Shown one piece after another: positions 1-11,100 of a stretch of DNA of 43,029 bases. A program made the position numbers and the translations under genes. The notes beneath the pieces were generated by a model, which was not told where the DNA came from, ran no database searches, and was given only the letters and a program-made list of their open reading frames with translations. The first letter of the stretch is position 1. Each line of letters opens with the position of its first letter. Source of the DNA: a virus (lineage: Duplodnaviria > Caudoviricetes); IMG/VR virus record IMGVR_UViG_3300032250_000778, positions 1 to 43,029 of that record; one strand, written 5' to 3'.

Positions 1-2
1 GA

Positions 3-833
3 CTATTAATTGAAAAGGTAGGCAGTTTAGATGGAAATCTTAGAATGGTTCGCTTATCAAGTGATCTCCTACCAGTTTACACAGAGCCTACTTGGAGTTG
101 GTTTTGGCGTAGGGTTGACACTTGCAGTTATGCTGAAAAACACTTTGGAGAGATCGGTAGCCGCGCTCGTGAGCTTGGTGTTCGTCTGTCTTTTCATCCA
201 GGGCAATTTACAGTTCTGGCCAGTGATAATGAAGACATTGTTAACCGAAGTATAGAGGAGTTTGAATATCATGCACAGTTGGCCACTTGGTTGGGGTTTG
301 GCAGAAATTTCCAGGACCTCAAAATTAACGTCCACATATCGGGTAGAGCCGGTCCGGAAGGCATCCGCCGTGCCCACAGCCGTCTCAGCCCCCAAGCGAG
401 AAATTGTATCACTATCGAAAACGAGGAAATAAGCCATGGACTGGACAATTGCTTATCAATTAGTGATCTCGTTCCTATTGTTCTTGACATCCATCATCAC
501 TGGATTCGCGAAGGTGAGTACATCTCCCCTGGAGACGATCGCGTTAAGAGGGTTATCGATAGTTGGCGCGGTGTTCGCCCTACTTGTCATTATAGCGTCA
601 GTCGTGAAGATTTACTGGTAAATCACGACTCCACAGTCATGCCCAATCATAGCCAACTACTGGCAGAAGGCTATCGTAAACAAAAACTTAGAGCTCACAG
701 TGACTTCTACTGGAATCGTGCAGTAAATGAGTGGGCCCTAAGCTTTTGGGACAACTTCGATATTATGTGTGAAAGTAAAGGAAAAAATATTTCCAGCTTT
801 GCACTTTACGAACAAGCAAAATTAGGCCTGTGA
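3..833 (+). CDS. uvdE: UV-damage endonuclease (UvdE/UvsE family), 5'-truncated by the window edge
   Basis: Motifs RLSFHPGQF, INVHISG, TIENEE, LDIHHHW, HYS, AHSD and IMCESK. The frame is open upstream of ATG45 to the window start (LLIEKVGSLDGNLR). Confidence 0.92.
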   Translation, partial: LLIEKVGSLDGNLRMVRLSSDLLPVYTEPTWSWFWRRVDTCSYAEKHFGEIGSRARELGVRLSFHPGQFTVLASDNEDIVNRSIEEFEYHAQLATWLGFGRNFQDLKINVHISGRAGPEGIRRAHSRLSPQARNCITIENEEISHGLDNCLSISDLVPIVLDIHHHWIREGEYISPGDDRVKRVIDSWRGVRPTCHYSVSREDLLVNHDSTVMPNHSQLLAEGYRKQKLRAHSDFYWNRAVNEWALSFWDNFDIMCESKGKNISSFALYEQAKLGL

Positions 834-1127
834 CTTAGGCTTACGTGGTGCTTTTGGTTTAGGAGCCTCTACTTTAGTAGGGGCTTTTTTTGTGGCTGTA
901 GTTTTAGCTGGTTGCTCAACAACTTTCTTTGCTCTAGGCTTTTTAGCTGCTGGTTGAACTTCTGGCTTGGCCACAGGTTTAGCTGAAGGTTTGGCCCGAG
1001 GTTTTCTCACCGGCTTTTTAACTTCAGCTACTGGGGTAGCTACTGGAGCTGCCTCCACTTTATATGGTGCTGCTGGGAGTTCTTCCCTTTTAGGGATTTC
1101 AAATAAATCTTTTAACCATTTTAACAT
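822..1127 (-). CDS. Small Lys/Pro/Ala-rich basic protein (histone-H1-like composition)
   Basis: ATG at 1127 is preceded by TAAGGA. The protein MLKWLKDLF... carries KKP/AKP/RAK repeats and overlaps the uvdE 3' end by 12 nt. Confidence 0.7.
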   Translation of the reverse strand: MLKWLKDLFEIPKREELPAAPYKVEAAPVATPVAEVKKPVRKPRAKPSAKPVAKPEVQPAAKKPRAKKVVEQPAKTTATKKAPTKVEAPKPKAPRKPKSQA

Positions 1128-1201
1128 AAGTATATCCTTATAATTATATATGTATATATCAAAATTGATCCAAACCAAACTATACGAACAGTTAGGTTAT
1201 T

Positions 1202-1209
1202 GATAAATA
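1202..1209 (+). promoter_or_regulatory. T4-like late promoter (GATAAATA), probably giving a leaderless erpA mRNA
   Basis: The TAAATA core ends 5 nt before ATG1215 and there is no SD. The same motif recurs in other intergenic gaps. Confidence 0.55.
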
Positions 1210-1214
1210 TCATT

Positions 1215-1538
1215 ATGATAACAATCAGCGAATCTGCCAAAAATAAAATCACAGAGTTATTTTTAGAAGAAAATAACCCCAATGTCAAATTACGAACCTT
1301 TGTTCAAGGTGGAGGCTGTAGCGGTTTTAGCTATGGTTTTACCTTTGACGAAGAACAAAACGAAGACGATTTTGAAATTCCATTAAGTGATTGGAAAGTC
1401 TTAGTTGACTCCATGAGTATGCAATATTTACAAGGTGCTGAAATAGATTTTAAAGATGACCTAAATGGTGCATCATTCAGTATTAAAAATCCCAACGCAG
1501 TAACTACTTGCGGTTGTGGTTCAAGTTTCGGGGTATAA
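1215..1538 (+). CDS. erpA: A-type Fe-S cluster carrier/insertion protein (ErpA/IscA/HesB family)
   Basis: MITISESA start, [31 protein letters not shown] and [14 protein letters not shown], with all three conserved Cys. Confidence 0.93.
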   Translation: MITISESAKNKITELFLEENNPNVKLRTFVQGGGCSGFSYGFTFDEEQNEDDFEIPLSDWKVLVDSMSMQYLQGAEIDFKDDLNGASFSIKNPNAVTTCGCGSSFGV

Positions 1539-1539
1539 A

Positions 1540-4500
1540 ATGTCAAAACAAGAAATTGATATTGGCGTACAAGGTAATGATGGCACCGGCGATAGTATTC
1601 GCGAATCATTCAGAAAAGTCAACGAAAATTTTACAGAACTATATTCAGTTTTTAATCTAGGCGGTAGAATAAATTTTCAAGATCTCGGCAATGTACCAAA
1701 TACTTTAGATGGCAATCGTGTTATAACTACCAACGACACTGGCGAATCTATAGTAGGAAGAGAACTAGTAGGCATTGGCATCAGCGTGGATCTAGCCAGC
1801 GATCCTGATAAAATTAAATTAATTTCCACAGGCTCATCATTAAATTCGGATATTACGCCTACATTAACCAACCCTCTTAATGCCAATAATTATGCTATAG
1901 CTAAATTAAAAGCACCTAGCGTAGAAGCAGTCACGGAGTTTAATGAAGTATATGATACCGGCGATATTAATACTTCAATAATAACTACCATAGATGAGCT
2001 GGCCATACCTAAAGGCTATGCTGATGGAAGGTATGTAGCCAAAGCAGGAAGTGTAATGACTGGTGCTTTAGAAGTGCCAGCAGGAGCTAGTGGTAATCAA
2101 GTACCAAGAGCCAGTGAAACAGTACTTAAAGCTGGCAGCACTATGACTGGCATTTTAAACTTATCAGATCATCCTGGTTCATTAGCTGGTGCCGGTACCC
2201 CAAATGGTGCCAACGATCTTCAAGCAGCCACCAAATATTATGTAGATAATAGCAGTTTTGCCAGCACAGTAAATCTTTATGTAAGTACAGTAGGCGATGA
2301 CGAACAAACGAATACACCGGCAGGTAAACAAGGTCGTGCTTGGGCATATGCTTATAAATCCATCAGCAAAGCCTGTGAAAAAGCAGAATATTTAATTAAA
2401 AATGCACCTTATGAAACAGGCCCATATAGACAATTAATTAGCTACACCGTTGGACAAGTGACAACTCCGTCTATTGTAGTATCTACCAGCGATGGCGGCA
2501 ACGGTATTACTATATTAAATTTTACAAATAAAAATGGCCTGCCAGTAGATCAAGGTGCAAGCAAAGATATAACACCTGGTAAATTGGTCAAAGGTCGTAC
2601 ATCTGGTGCTTATGGATTCGTTTATCAGTATACTAGTACTATTCAAAATTACGATTATGTGGAATTACAATATGTAGTAGGCACATTTATTGACGGAGAA
2701 AATTTAGAATTCGACAATCCTGTAAAAACGACCAATGTTACCATATATGTTGAAAGCGGGATTTATGAGGAAGATTATCCTATAAAAGTTCCTAATAATA
2801 CTTCTATTGTAGGTGACGAATTTAGAAGAACCATAATAAGACCAAAAGATCGAGTTAGTCAAAGTCCTTGGGTAGATACTTGGTTCTTTAGAAACAGTAT
2901 GTTTGATAGTTTACCTATTATCAGCGGCGGTACTGATCTTAATGAAGAGTTCGAAGGATACTATGGTTATCATTATCTAAAAAATCCTTCAAGGTTGTCT
3001 AATCTAGGCATGACCTATGTAAATGCTGGAAACTATCAATCTGCTGCCGATGCTATTAAGGCAGCAAAACAAACTATTGCCAATGGTATTGTTGACTATA
3101 TTAACGTTCAGATGAGTCCAAATGCATTGTCTGCCTTGGAAGTAACAAAGAGTAGACGCGACACTGGATATATTATCGAAGCCATTGCCTCTGATTTGAT
3201 TAATGGCGGCCAAGAACAGATATTAAAATTACAGGGTATATTCGCTGAAGTTACATTAGATACATATTGTCGTCAAGGAATGTTGTATATTTCCGATTAT
3301 ATTAATACCGATATAATTGCCAGTGAATCAACAACAGTCAAAACAATTGTGACCAATATGATCACAAAATTGATGTTTGCTTTTGACGCCAATTATAATG
3401 CACCAAAAAATAATAAAGATTTAGATGTATTCTTATGTAATGATGCTACTATTGTAAGACAAATTACTTGTCAAGGCCACGGTGGCTTTATGATGGTGTT
3501 TGATCCAGAAGGACAAATCCTAACCAAGAGTCCATATTGCCAACAAAGTGCATCATTTAGTGCTAGCCTAAACAAACAGGCATTTAGAGGCGGTCAATAC
3601 ATTGACGGATTCGCCGGAAATATCCCGGCAATAGTCACACAAAAAGTAGATAATTTTAATTTAATTGTTTCAGACTTTCCTAAAGAAATTCAAACTCCAA
3701 CTAGTTTTTTCATCGACGGTGTAAGATATAAAATTAACAGCTGGATCCCCACTGCTGCTGGCAAACCCGTAGCTAGTGAATTAATTAGGTTGAATAAAAA
3801 CTTTTTACAAGCTCAAACAATAGCCAAACTTAATACTGATTTTCCTAGTATAAAGTATTCTGTAGAAGATATGTCCAGAATGATTGGCAGAGTTATAGAT
3901 GGTGCTGTCTTTGACATTAGAAGCTCGGGCAATATAAAAACATTAGATGCCACTAAAAGAATGTTTAATTCAGGCACTGGCGTTTTAAGAGTTACATCAT
4001 CTAAAATTCCATTGTTATTGGCTGCAATCACTTATATAAAAACATCCAGTATAAGCATATCACAAAATATAACCGTACAGTCCAATCAAAGCGAATATAC
4101 ACAATTTAAAGATACCAACAAAGTAAGCGAGGATGGCACTAGTGCTAGAATAACCACATTGTTAGATAGCATTTACCAAACTGTAAATCAAGGCATATCT
4201 ACCCTTGCTACTATTGCCTATCCGTCATACAATATTGTACTCGATGATGATACTCCATTAACCAGTGCTGCTCCCTATGAAATTACCTTAGTTTCTGGTG
4301 GTAATATCAGCATGTTGTCCAACGACTTTACACAAGTCAACGATCTAGGTTATGGCGTTGTAACAAATAATAATGGATTAGCCGAAGCTGTTAGTTTGTT
4401 TACCTACTATTGCTGGACCAGTTATTACAGTAATAATGGCGGCCAAATAAGATCCTTAAATGGTAGCTCTGCTAATGGCGAATATGGCTTGGTTGCTAAC

Positions 4501-7377
4501 GGAACTGATCCTTTAGAAATTCCAGATCTAGTTAACTTGTCCGATGACATGGTCCAAGTGGCTAAGGTTTATAAAACTGGGGACTATTCTTTATCAGGTG
4601 CCAAAGGAGATATATCTTTTTACATTAGTGATTTCCAATATATACCTTATAATAGAGGCATAATAGAAATTAATTTTGGCTCTGATTTACTAACTGGAGG
4701 AATACTTCGTTATGAATTATCCACTGTGGAATCAAGGGAAGGTGGTGATGTACTAAAATTAAATCTCAACACTTCAGGTAATAATGATTCCGAATCTTCT
4801 GGTCTAAAAGACGATCTTGTTCATGAACAAACAATTACCATTAGATGTGGACAAAACTTTAAATTTAAAGAAGTACTAGATACAAACCCAACAAGGCCTA
4901 GTACTGCTCTAACATTCAAAGGTGATCCAACAGATTCAGATAATGCAACCATTTATAGGGTCATTGCGTATAACACCAATGACTCTATCGGCGATGCTTT
5001 AGGCACTAATGAATCTATATTAACTTTTGATTCTCCTTACAGATATATTCAATTAGTTGTCAATCAAAATCGAACTAATACACCAAATAATGGAAAAACT
5101 TCAGGTTATACAGCCGGAGATGTACGTATAGCTGTTCAAACTATTACCGGCAGCGATCTTGAGAGAATAAACACCGGGCAGATGATCTTTGCCTGGGACG
5201 GAAAATTACATAGAATTACAGGTTATGTAGAGGACCCAGGTTATGGTGGTATAATTAATATCAGTGATTTTTATTCAAATGGCACAACCAGACTACCTAA
5301 CGTTTCTGGTGTATTAACTGGATTAAGTTCATCGATGTCACCGGACTCTAATTTCACTTTGCAAAGCATTTCCGATGTGGTACTTAGAGTAGGGCTAGTC
5401 TCTAACGAACAAGCAGATATTATAACTAAGATCAGTACCATGAGAGCTACTGGTCATGACTTCCTAGACATTGGCACAGGCGGATTTAATCAATCAAATT
5501 ATCCTAACAGAATTTATGGTAAACCAAGAGCACCAAAACAAAGTCAAGAAATTCAAGAAAGACGCAAGGGTAGAGTATTTTATGCCAGCACCGATCAAGA
5601 TGGTATCTATCGTGTTGGTAGATTCTTTAAGGTAGATCAAGGCACAGGAACCGTTACTTTTGCTGCTAGTATTGCTCTAAGTAATTTAGATGGCATTGGA
5701 TTTAAGCGTGGTGTGGCCATTAGCGAATTCAGTGCAGATGATAGATTCACTAATCCTGCTAATGATGTTGTTCCTACTCAATCAGCTATAAATGGCTATA
5801 TTAATAGAAGATTGGGAATGGATGAGCAAGGAAACTTGATATCTGACCCAGTACAAAGAATCGGTCCAGGATTTTTAAGTTTAGATGGCAGAACTAAACC
5901 AATTGCAGACATGGATTGGGATGGTAATAGACTGACTAATATTGCTACCCCTACTGGGCTCAATGATGCTGCTACTAAAAATTATGTAGATACCGAAACA
6001 AATAAGTTTAACGAATTATCAAAATTAAAAGATATTGTATTAACTGCACCTGCCAAGGCTGACATATTGACCTTTATTGGTGCATTGAATGGTTCTATTA
6101 ACGCAGAAGTAAGTGGCGATTTAACTGCCACATTGACTAGTCCTATAACCAGTACATTAACGCAGACTATACCAACTAGCCAAGTTACTAGTTCTATATT
6201 TGTCGCCAGTTCCACAGCATTTCCAACAAATGGCTATGTGTTAATAGGCAGCGAAGTATTTCAATATTCGACTAAAACAGTAGGTGTCGGGCCTAACTCA
6301 TTAGACGGTGTTACTAGACTCAGTAAGGCTACAGCAAATAATAGTAAATTTACATCAGGCATAGCAGTTAATCATAGTATTGGTGATACTGTAACTAGTC
6401 TGAATGAAGCACAGGTAAATTTTCAAATTAACCCCGATACTATTATCGATGCTGATGTTAATAGTAGTGCAGGCATTTTACAGAGTAAATTAAGCTTACA
6501 ATTATCTGCCACTAGCTCCGCCGCTCCTACAGGAACAGCAGTAGTCAAGCAAGCAGCTAGTGGGTTAAGTAGTTTTGATTCAGCATACTTTACACTAACA
6601 GATGGCTGGGCAACTACTAAAAATGATGAAGTCCTTAAAAATGCCACTTGGAGTTTATTTAATACCAGCACAATCAATACTCCGTACGCTTATACATTCA
6701 CTCCTGGAAGTACACAAGGAACAAGTACATTTAGCGTAACAGAAATAAGCACATCAGTTACTAATAATGCTCTTATAAAAAGAACCAGCAACGGCACCAT
6801 CAAGATTAATAATATCAATACCGATGGTGATGTTACTATCATCAGTGCATCGGGCACCGTTGATACAAACACAACAGTAACTTACAAAGGCCAATGGACA
6901 CCTGGCACTGATGCCACATTTACAGCAACAAGTGCCACAACTGCAACAAGTGCTACAAACCTAAAAAATGGTGTGAATGGTTCAGTACCTTATCAAACTA
7001 ATGTCAATACGACAAGTTTTGTTGGTCCGAATGCTACTACTATTAAAAAAATATTTACGCAAGTTGGTGATGGCAGTGTGCCCAAAAAACCAAATTGGGC
7101 TAAAATACAGGTTAGTGTACCAATAAGCAAAATTGCTCAGGCATTAAACATAACAAATTATACAAACAGCACTATAATTATGGATGTGAATTTGTTTACA
7201 TCAAGTGTACAAGTTACTGCCAATGATGCCAGCATAATCGATCTAACATTACTTAATGACACAAGTTTAGAGATTTTACTACGTAACGGTGTAAATGAGT
7301 CCATTGTTAATTCGATATCTAATAATTTCACAATAACAACAAGATCAGGTGGCACTGTTAATGTATCAATATTATAA
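1540..7377 (+). CDS. Giant virion structural protein (baseplate/tail-associated, ~1945 aa)
   Basis: T4 gp9/gp10-like N-terminal motif (QEIDIGVQGNDGTGDSIRESFRKVNENFTELY), fibre-type AATKxYVD motifs, a YVESGIYEE...SIVGDEFRR beta-helix-type entry motif and Thr/Ser/Asn-rich composition. ATG1540 follows the erpA stop. Confidence 0.8.
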   Translation: MSKQEIDIGVQGNDGTGDSIRESFRKVNENFTELYSVFNLGGRINFQDLGNVPNTLDGNRVITTNDTGESIVGRELVGIGISVDLASDPDKIKLISTGSSLNSDITPTLTNPLNANNYAIAKLKAPSVEAVTEFNEVYDTGDINTSIITTIDELAIPKGYADGRYVAKAGSVMTGALEVPAGASGNQVPRASETVLKAGSTMTGILNLSDHPGSLAGAGTPNGANDLQAATKYYVDNSSFASTVNLYVSTVGDDEQTNTPAGKQGRAWAYAYKSISKACEKAEYLIKNAPYETGPYRQLISYTVGQVTTPSIVVSTSDGGNGITILNFTNKNGLPVDQGASKDITPGKLVKGRTSGAYGFVYQYTSTIQNYDYVELQYVVGTFIDGENLEFDNPVKTTNVTIYVESGIYEEDYPIKVPNNTSIVGDEFRRTIIRPKDRVSQSPWVDTWFFRNSMFDSLPIISGGTDLNEEFEGYYGYHYLKNPSRLSNLGMTYVNAGNYQSAADAIKAAKQTIANGIVDYINVQMSPNALSALEVTKSRRDTGYIIEAIASDLINGGQEQILKLQGIFAEVTLDTYCRQGMLYISDYINTDIIASESTTVKTIVTNMITKLMFAFDANYNAPKNNKDLDVFLCNDATIVRQITCQGHGGFMMVFDPEGQILTKSPYCQQSASFSASLNKQAFRGGQYIDGFAGNIPAIVTQKVDNFNLIVSDFPKEIQTPTSFFIDGVRYKINSWIPTAAGKPVASELIRLNKNFLQAQTIAKLNTDFPSIKYSVEDMSRMIGRVIDGAVFDIRSSGNIKTLDATKRMFNSGTGVLRVTSSKIPLLLAAITYIKTSSISISQNITVQSNQSEYTQFKDTNKVSEDGTSARITTLLDSIYQTVNQGISTLATIAYPSYNIVLDDDTPLTSAAPYEITLVSGGNISMLSNDFTQVNDLGYGVVTNNNGLAEAVSLFTYYCWTSYYSNNGGQIRSLNGSSANGEYGLVANGTDPLEIPDLVNLSDDMVQVAKVYKTGDYSLSGAKGDISFYISDFQYIPYNRGIIEINFGSDLLTGGILRYELSTVESREGGDVLKLNLNTSGNNDSESSGLKDDLVHEQTITIRCGQNFKFKEVLDTNPTRPSTALTFKGDPTDSDNATIYRVIAYNTNDSIGDALGTNESILTFDSPYRYIQLVVNQNRTNTPNNGKTSGYTAGDVRIAVQTITGSDLERINTGQMIFAWDGKLHRITGYVEDPGYGGIINISDFYSNGTTRLPNVSGVLTGLSSSMSPDSNFTLQSISDVVLRVGLVSNEQADIITKISTMRATGHDFLDIGTGGFNQSNYPNRIYGKPRAPKQSQEIQERRKGRVFYASTDQDGIYRVGRFFKVDQGTGTVTFAASIALSNLDGIGFKRGVAISEFSADDRFTNPANDVVPTQSAINGYINRRLGMDEQGNLISDPVQRIGPGFLSLDGRTKPIADMDWDGNRLTNIATPTGLNDAATKNYVDTETNKFNELSKLKDIVLTAPAKADILTFIGALNGSINAEVSGDLTATLTSPITSTLTQTIPTSQVTSSIFVASSTAFPTNGYVLIGSEVFQYSTKTVGVGPNSLDGVTRLSKATANNSKFTSGIAVNHSIGDTVTSLNEAQVNFQINPDTIIDADVNSSAGILQSKLSLQLSATSSAAPTGTAVVKQAASGLSSFDSAYFTLTDGWATTKNDEVLKNATWSLFNTSTINTPYAYTFTPGSTQGTSTFSVTEISTSVTNNALIKRTSNGTIKINNINTDGDVTIISASGTVDTNTTVTYKGQWTPGTDATFTATSATTATSATNLKNGVNGSVPYQTNVNTTSFVGPNATTIKKIFTQVGDGSVPKKPNWAKIQVSVPISKIAQALNITNYTNSTIIMDVNLFTSSVQVTANDASIIDLTLLNDTSLEILLRNGVNESIVNSISNNFTITTRSGGTVNVSIL

Positions 7378-7387
7378 GGAATAAAAA

Positions 7388-7930
7388 ATGGCCGCAAAAT
7401 ATCCATTAGTCTTAAGCGGGACAAATATACAAGAATTACAAACCGGCGACGACCTAGCTACAACAGCAATAACCACTGGTAACAGTAGTACAGCTGGCAC
7501 AATAACTGGTGATTGGAGTTTAAGTGCTGGTAGTAAATTACAATCAACCTATGCTGACTTAGCTGAGTGGTATCGTGCTGATGAAACTTATCCAGCAGGC
7601 ACAGTATTAGTATTTGGTGGCAGTGCTGAAGTGACTACTACTACAACTTTTGGTGATAGTAGAGTGGCCGGGGTAGTTAGTGAAAATCCAGCATTTGTAT
7701 TGAACAAAAACTTTGAAAGTGCTAACAGTGCTCTTATAGCATTACAAGGTCGTGTATTTTGTAAAGTAGTTGGTCGTGTTCAAAAGGGCGATTTACTAAC
7801 CACTGCTGGCACAGCAGGACATGCTGTTAAGGCTATTAATCCTATTATAGGTACTATTATAGGAAAAGCATTGGCTGATAAAGACTCCTCCGAAGCAGGA
7901 ATGATTGAAATATCAGTAGGACGTACATAA
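7388..7930 (+). CDS. Tail-associated protein resembling a C-terminal fibre chaperone/auto-processing domain
   Basis: YADLAEWY...GTVLVFGG...VAGVVSENPAF...IALQGRV.CKV.G.V.KGDLL...GTIIGKAL pattern, typical of phage fibre C-termini. AAGGA SD. Confidence 0.65.
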   Translation: MAAKYPLVLSGTNIQELQTGDDLATTAITTGNSSTAGTITGDWSLSAGSKLQSTYADLAEWYRADETYPAGTVLVFGGSAEVTTTTTFGDSRVAGVVSENPAFVLNKNFESANSALIALQGRVFCKVVGRVQKGDLLTTAGTAGHAVKAINPIIGTIIGKALADKDSSEAGMIEISVGRT

Positions 7931-8154
7931 TGACTAAACAGGTTATCAATGTTGGACAAGCAGATAAAGGCAATGGCGATCCTATCAGAACAGCCTTTGT
8001 TAAAGTCAATGCTAATTTTAACGAGCTATATGATCTAGTATCTCAGATCAATACCTTAGTTTTAAACTTAAGACTAGACGGAGGATCTGCTAGTACAATT
8101 TACGACGCTAACGGATTAAATGTCGATGGCGGAATTTCTACCACAACTTTTTGA
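7930..8154 (+). CDS. Small structural protein with gp9/gp10-like N-terminal motif
   Basis: KQVINVG...GNGDPIRTAFVKVNANFNELY is paralogous to the starts of the ORFs at 1540 and 16211. TAATG coupling to the upstream gene. Confidence 0.7.
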   Translation: MTKQVINVGQADKGNGDPIRTAFVKVNANFNELYDLVSQINTLVLNLRLDGGSASTIYDANGLNVDGGISTTTF

Positions 8155-8171
8155 ATATCGGAGCATAAAAG

Positions 8172-11100
8172 ATGGCAAATAAAATACAATTAAGAAGAGA
8201 TACGGCAGAAGCATGGATCGAAGCCGATCCTGTCCTAAGTCAAGGAGAACCAGGAGTTGAAGTCGATACTGGCCGATTAAAGATTGGTAATGGAGAAGCA
8301 AACTGGTCCGAACTCGATTATGTAGGTGCTCTTCAGTTGCCACCCGATGCTCAAGGTTATCTAGTCAACGACGGAGATGGTAATTTAAGTTGGGGTCCGG
8401 GCGATGGCACATTTAGTGGTGATTATAATGACCTCTCAAATGCACCAACTATTCCTACCGACGTAAATCAACTAACAGACGAAGATAGTTTACTAGATGG
8501 TAGCAATGTAGATCTTGGTGCAGTTGGCGAACATATTCTTCCAACCACAGATATTACCTATGATATTGGATCACCTACAAAAAGATTTAAATCTATCTAT
8601 CTAGATAATAACACAATCTATTTAGGAAATAATTCTTTAAGCGTTGATAATTCAGGTCAATTAATAGTATCTGAAATAATTGAAGGTGCAGAAGCTATTG
8701 GTGGCATTGCTTGGATTACATGGGCTTCAGGTTATGTATTAAGAAGTAGAGTATCTGATACTGGAGAATTTGTAGCCATATATGATTCTGTAAAAGTCGG
8801 TGATAAATTTACCATAATAACATATCAAGGTCTCACACCTGTAACCACAGTACTTACTGTAACTGGCACAGTACAGAAATCAGCAGATCCAAGTTACCCG
8901 TCCTATGACTTTGTAATTCCAGTAGATTTATCTCCCCCATCGGATGTCTTTGTCGACAGGTTTACTCTAACAAAGCCCTTTGCAGGTAGTAACGGAGTAC
9001 AAGGAATATCAGGTGTGCAAGGCGTACAAGGTATTCAAGGTATTCAGGGTACTGAAGGTTTCCAAGGTGTTCAAGGTTTTCAAGGTACACAAAGTACTCA
9101 AGGACAACAAGGTGTGCAAGGTATAGGATTCACGTATAAAGGACTATATGTTTCTGGTAATTTTTATACTACAAATGATGTAGTAGTATATGAAGGATCA
9201 ACCTATATTGCAACAGCCCAAAGTTATCAACCACCTGTTATACCACCTAATGCTGGTTACTGGGACTTATTGGTAGCTCAAGGTGCTCAAGGCACTAGTG
9301 GCGGTGGGGCTGGAGGCGGAGCTCAAGGTGTACAAGGTATTGAAGGTGGTCAAGGCGTACAGGGTGTACAAGGTACTGAAGGTTTCCAAGGTGTACAAGG
9401 TACTGAAGGATTCCAAGGTGTACAAGGCACACAAGCTGCTCAAGATAGATTAGTCAACGGTATTAAGGAAATTGTACTTAACTCAGATGGCAAACTAACA
9501 TTCCCTAATGGTACTACTATCGATGATAAAGAAGATAATTTAATCAAAGGGCCAGTATTAAATTCATTCGGCAGTGATAGTTATACAGGTACATTCACTA
9601 CATTGAACTATACTGGTCTTAATACAACTTGGGTTGTCAACGGACCCGGCGTTGTCAATGGTGTTATACAGAGCATTGATGCGGTTGGTAAGACTATAAT
9701 TTTAGATAGAAACTCAGGCGGTCCACAATTCCAAGATGGTGAAAGCTACACATTTACCGGACCATCGTTTAGTATTGGCTCTAAAATTACAGTAAACAGC
9801 AACGAATGGATATTTGGCACAGATGGTAACTTAACATTGCCAAACGGTGGAAAACTTGGTGATCCTTACGGCGACGGCGCTGTAAATTTAAGTGGCAATC
9901 AAAATCTATATGCGGCATTATCCAGTTACGATGCTAACTCTTGGGCAGGAGTAGCGGACGTAAGTTATCAAAATGGATCAGAAATCGCAGGTGGCGGCTT
10001 TTTTGTCCAAACAAATCTAAACAGTAATGGCGCTGAGAATACCTGGGGGTTTAGCACAGATGGTAACCTAACATTGCCTGCGGGCGGCGACATTGTTGAT
10101 AGTAACGGCAATAGCGTATTAGGCGGTGGCGGACCAGTATTACTGCCACCATACAAAGGCTTTAGAGCACACTATGGCACTATGTATGACAACACCGACG
10201 ATAACAACGGTCCTATTAACAAGATTGTAATTTATCGAGACTCAGTTAGCCCATCGAGTGCTATTGATACAGACACAAGCAGTGATGATTTTCAAGTAAC
10301 AGGACTAACAGGCAGTGATATTGTAGCAATGCTAGTTGTGATCAGTGACGGATCAAACTGGGATGAGCCGACATTGACAACAAAGTTAAAAACATTTGCT
10401 GAAGCAATTGTTGATAATGTCATCTTAGACGAGGGTGTTGAAGGCGATTTTAACAATATCAATGCTATTAGGACCGCATTCTATGATAATTTTAGCAACT
10501 TTAACTCAATCATTGGTGATGAAAAAACTAACTTTGAATTCTTTGAAAATGATTATAATGTAAGTGCCCAAACTCAGACCGGCGGCACTGGTACTGGAAG
10601 TGGATTTATTATTTACAGCCTAGAAAAACCAAGCAATACTATATTGTTAAATAACTGGGTCAATGGCAGTGGCTATCAAGTTGGTGATGTTTTTACAATA
10701 TTAGGTACTGATATCACAATTGACTTTACCGGTAATCCATTAGCAAGTCCTGATAACGATGTCACTGTTACAATTACAGGGGTCGACGTCAACGGAGTTG
10801 TTGAATCAACTAGCATATCAGGAACTTTGCCAGATACTTGGCCAACCTATAGTATCGATGACGGTGGCAATGATGAATACGATGGCGCCAATGCTATTCA
10901 CACTAACTTGGAAACAGACATTAATTATAATGATGGCGCCCCAATAACTAACTCAACTGCTTTTGGCGGCGGTGACTACGTTGTAACATACCAAGAAGGT
11001 ATTTTTGGTATATTTGCCACAGGGGCTAATATCAATATTATTGGCACTAGCGGTAATAGTGGTGGATATGGCAACGATAATAGTAGTAGTGGTTTCGATA

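Noticed and set aside
31-255. 74-aa hydrophobic ORF overlapping uvdE
   Set aside because: It is an alternative frame inside a well-conserved enzyme gene and I found no independent support. It cannot be strictly excluded.
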